Shown here: one piece after another, positions 62,745-64,000 of the stretch | Layout of the letters: the number at the start of each line of letters is the position of its first letter | How positions within the stretch are numbered: the stretch's first letter is position 1 | From: Phoronis australis | Lineage: Eukaryota > Animalia > Phoronida | Length of the DNA stretch: 64,000 nucleotides | NCBI GenBank assembly: GCA_002633005.1 | Contig: NMRA01000471.1 | Coordinates: 120,386 to 184,385 of the forward strand | Direction: 5' to 3' | Notes under the pieces: generated by a model | Told to the model about the DNA's origin: nothing | Seen by the model: the letters and a program-made list of their open reading frames with translations, nothing else | Database searches by the model: none | Translations under genes and position numbers: made by a program

Positions 62745-63400
62745 TCCTGAATGGAGGTCACATCGGACTCGAGAATATAGAATTTAAGATAAGTGACAGT
62801 TTTTATTGGTTATGCATTAAGGCTCACTGTGAGAGGTGGATTGGAGAGTGTGATAGATGTCAGAGAGATGTTAATGTTGATACTAGTCTCCATGAGTTGA
62901 AGCCAGTTGTAACTAAGAAATCCCACAAAAGTCTGCTGTGCATGTGTCCAGGCACTTGTCTTGTGTTTTCGTATAGTTTGTGCCACCTGAGAAATTTATT
63001 ACAGACCAGGGGAGATGATTTTGGAATGAGTTGAATTCAACTCAGTTTACACTATTTGGTGTTTTATTTAGTGATGCTAGTTTAGCACGATCAAAGAAAT
63101 GTGCAGGATGAGTGCACAAACTAAATTGTTAAGTCCATACTCAATGTTTCAGACTGGGATCAGTTTTGTAGACACAGCAATATTTGTCTTCAACACCTCC
63201 CACCAGACCACTACCGGGTAATAGTCCATATAAATGTCCGTGTCAATTATCAAACCATCACACCCAATGAGAAGCATGGACACAGAACCTCAAAGCGCTA
63301 ACTTCCAGATAATAGTGTGCAAGAAAATGAGGCGAATGCTAGAACTGAATGGATGAACTACATTAAGAAGATGGCTGATGTGAGGCAAAATTAAAGAAAA
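62745..63400 (+). mobile_element. Ty3/Gypsy integrase pseudogene fragment
   Basis: GGHIG..FYW..ECDRCQR (H2C2 zinc-binding), then DWDQF and FNTSHQTTTG*..SPY motifs in broken frames. Confidence 0.75.
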
Positions 63401-63559
63401 AACAATATGATTCCAAAATTAACTTTAAACCAAAACCTTTTTCTTCTAAGTTCGGGATGGAGGTATTGATTATGAATGTTCGCAAAATAATTAGTAAAGG
63501 AAATAAGTAGGAGGACAATAATCTTGGCCATATATCATTTTGAAACTTACAGATTGTTG

Positions 63560-63845
63560 GGTTTCACTAAACCAACCAAATGGAAGTCCACACAAGAAAG
63601 TTGTCGCAGTGTATCCCCTGCCATACTAGAGGATATCAACACCTGTACAGTTAACACTCAAGAAACAGGCTGTTTCACTTGGCAACAATCCAAAAGCCCT
63701 CACAAGATTTACCACAACACTTCATCAGTCACTGAAATGATTGAATCACTAAACTGGCAAACCCTTGAATTCTGAAGCTACTGACCTCTCGAAACTCTAC
63801 ATTTTATAAAATTGTCCACCAGTCCATCGCCATTCCCAATACCTG
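63560..63845 (+). mobile_element. Non-LTR (CR1/L2-like) retrotransposon ORF2 C-terminal remnant
   Basis: YHNTSSVTEMIESLNWQTLEF followed by ..FYKIVH is the typical post-RT tail of invertebrate LINEs. Confidence 0.65.
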
Positions 63846-64000
63846 CATGTATCCCTTCAATACTACTCTTACACCTAGATGCCATATGACATACTTCACT
63901 GTACCTGTTTATAGGTTTCAAAGTGAAGATTCAGAACATCTGAACTATGAACATATTAGGTTTTGTTTTGATCATACCACTCGCCATGGTGGTCGCCATG

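Overview
AT-rich, intron-containing animal genomic DNA, probably from a marine invertebrate (taxon not determinable from sequence alone). I could splice five protein-coding genes by hand. SARAF/TMEM66 (+, 1604-8360) and TGS1 (-, 21969-10936) are convergent. An unnamed Themis/GAREM-like adaptor with two CABIT-like modules and a SAM-like domain lies on + (36376-45014). COX6C (-, 52624-51183) and TATDN1 (+, 54189-60157) are head-to-head on a short bidirectional promoter. The most striking features are: (i) a textbook U12-type AT-AC intron inside the methyltransferase domain of TGS1, the enzyme that trimethylates snRNA caps; (ii) an expanded WGxG repeat in the SARAF cytoplasmic tail that appears to vary in copy number; (iii) the CABIT-CABIT-PxxPPR-tyrosine motif-SAM adaptor; (iv) a ~3.95-kb element with perfect 29-bp TIRs and a decayed THAP domain; (v) two degenerate Penelope-type minimal hammerhead ribozyme relics. 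Intergenic and intronic space holds MITE-like palindromes, Penelope/Gypsy/LINE fragments, a tRNA-derived SINE head and minisatellites. Two N bases (7110, 54873) mark assembly joins. No CRISPR, rRNA or intact tRNA genes were seen.
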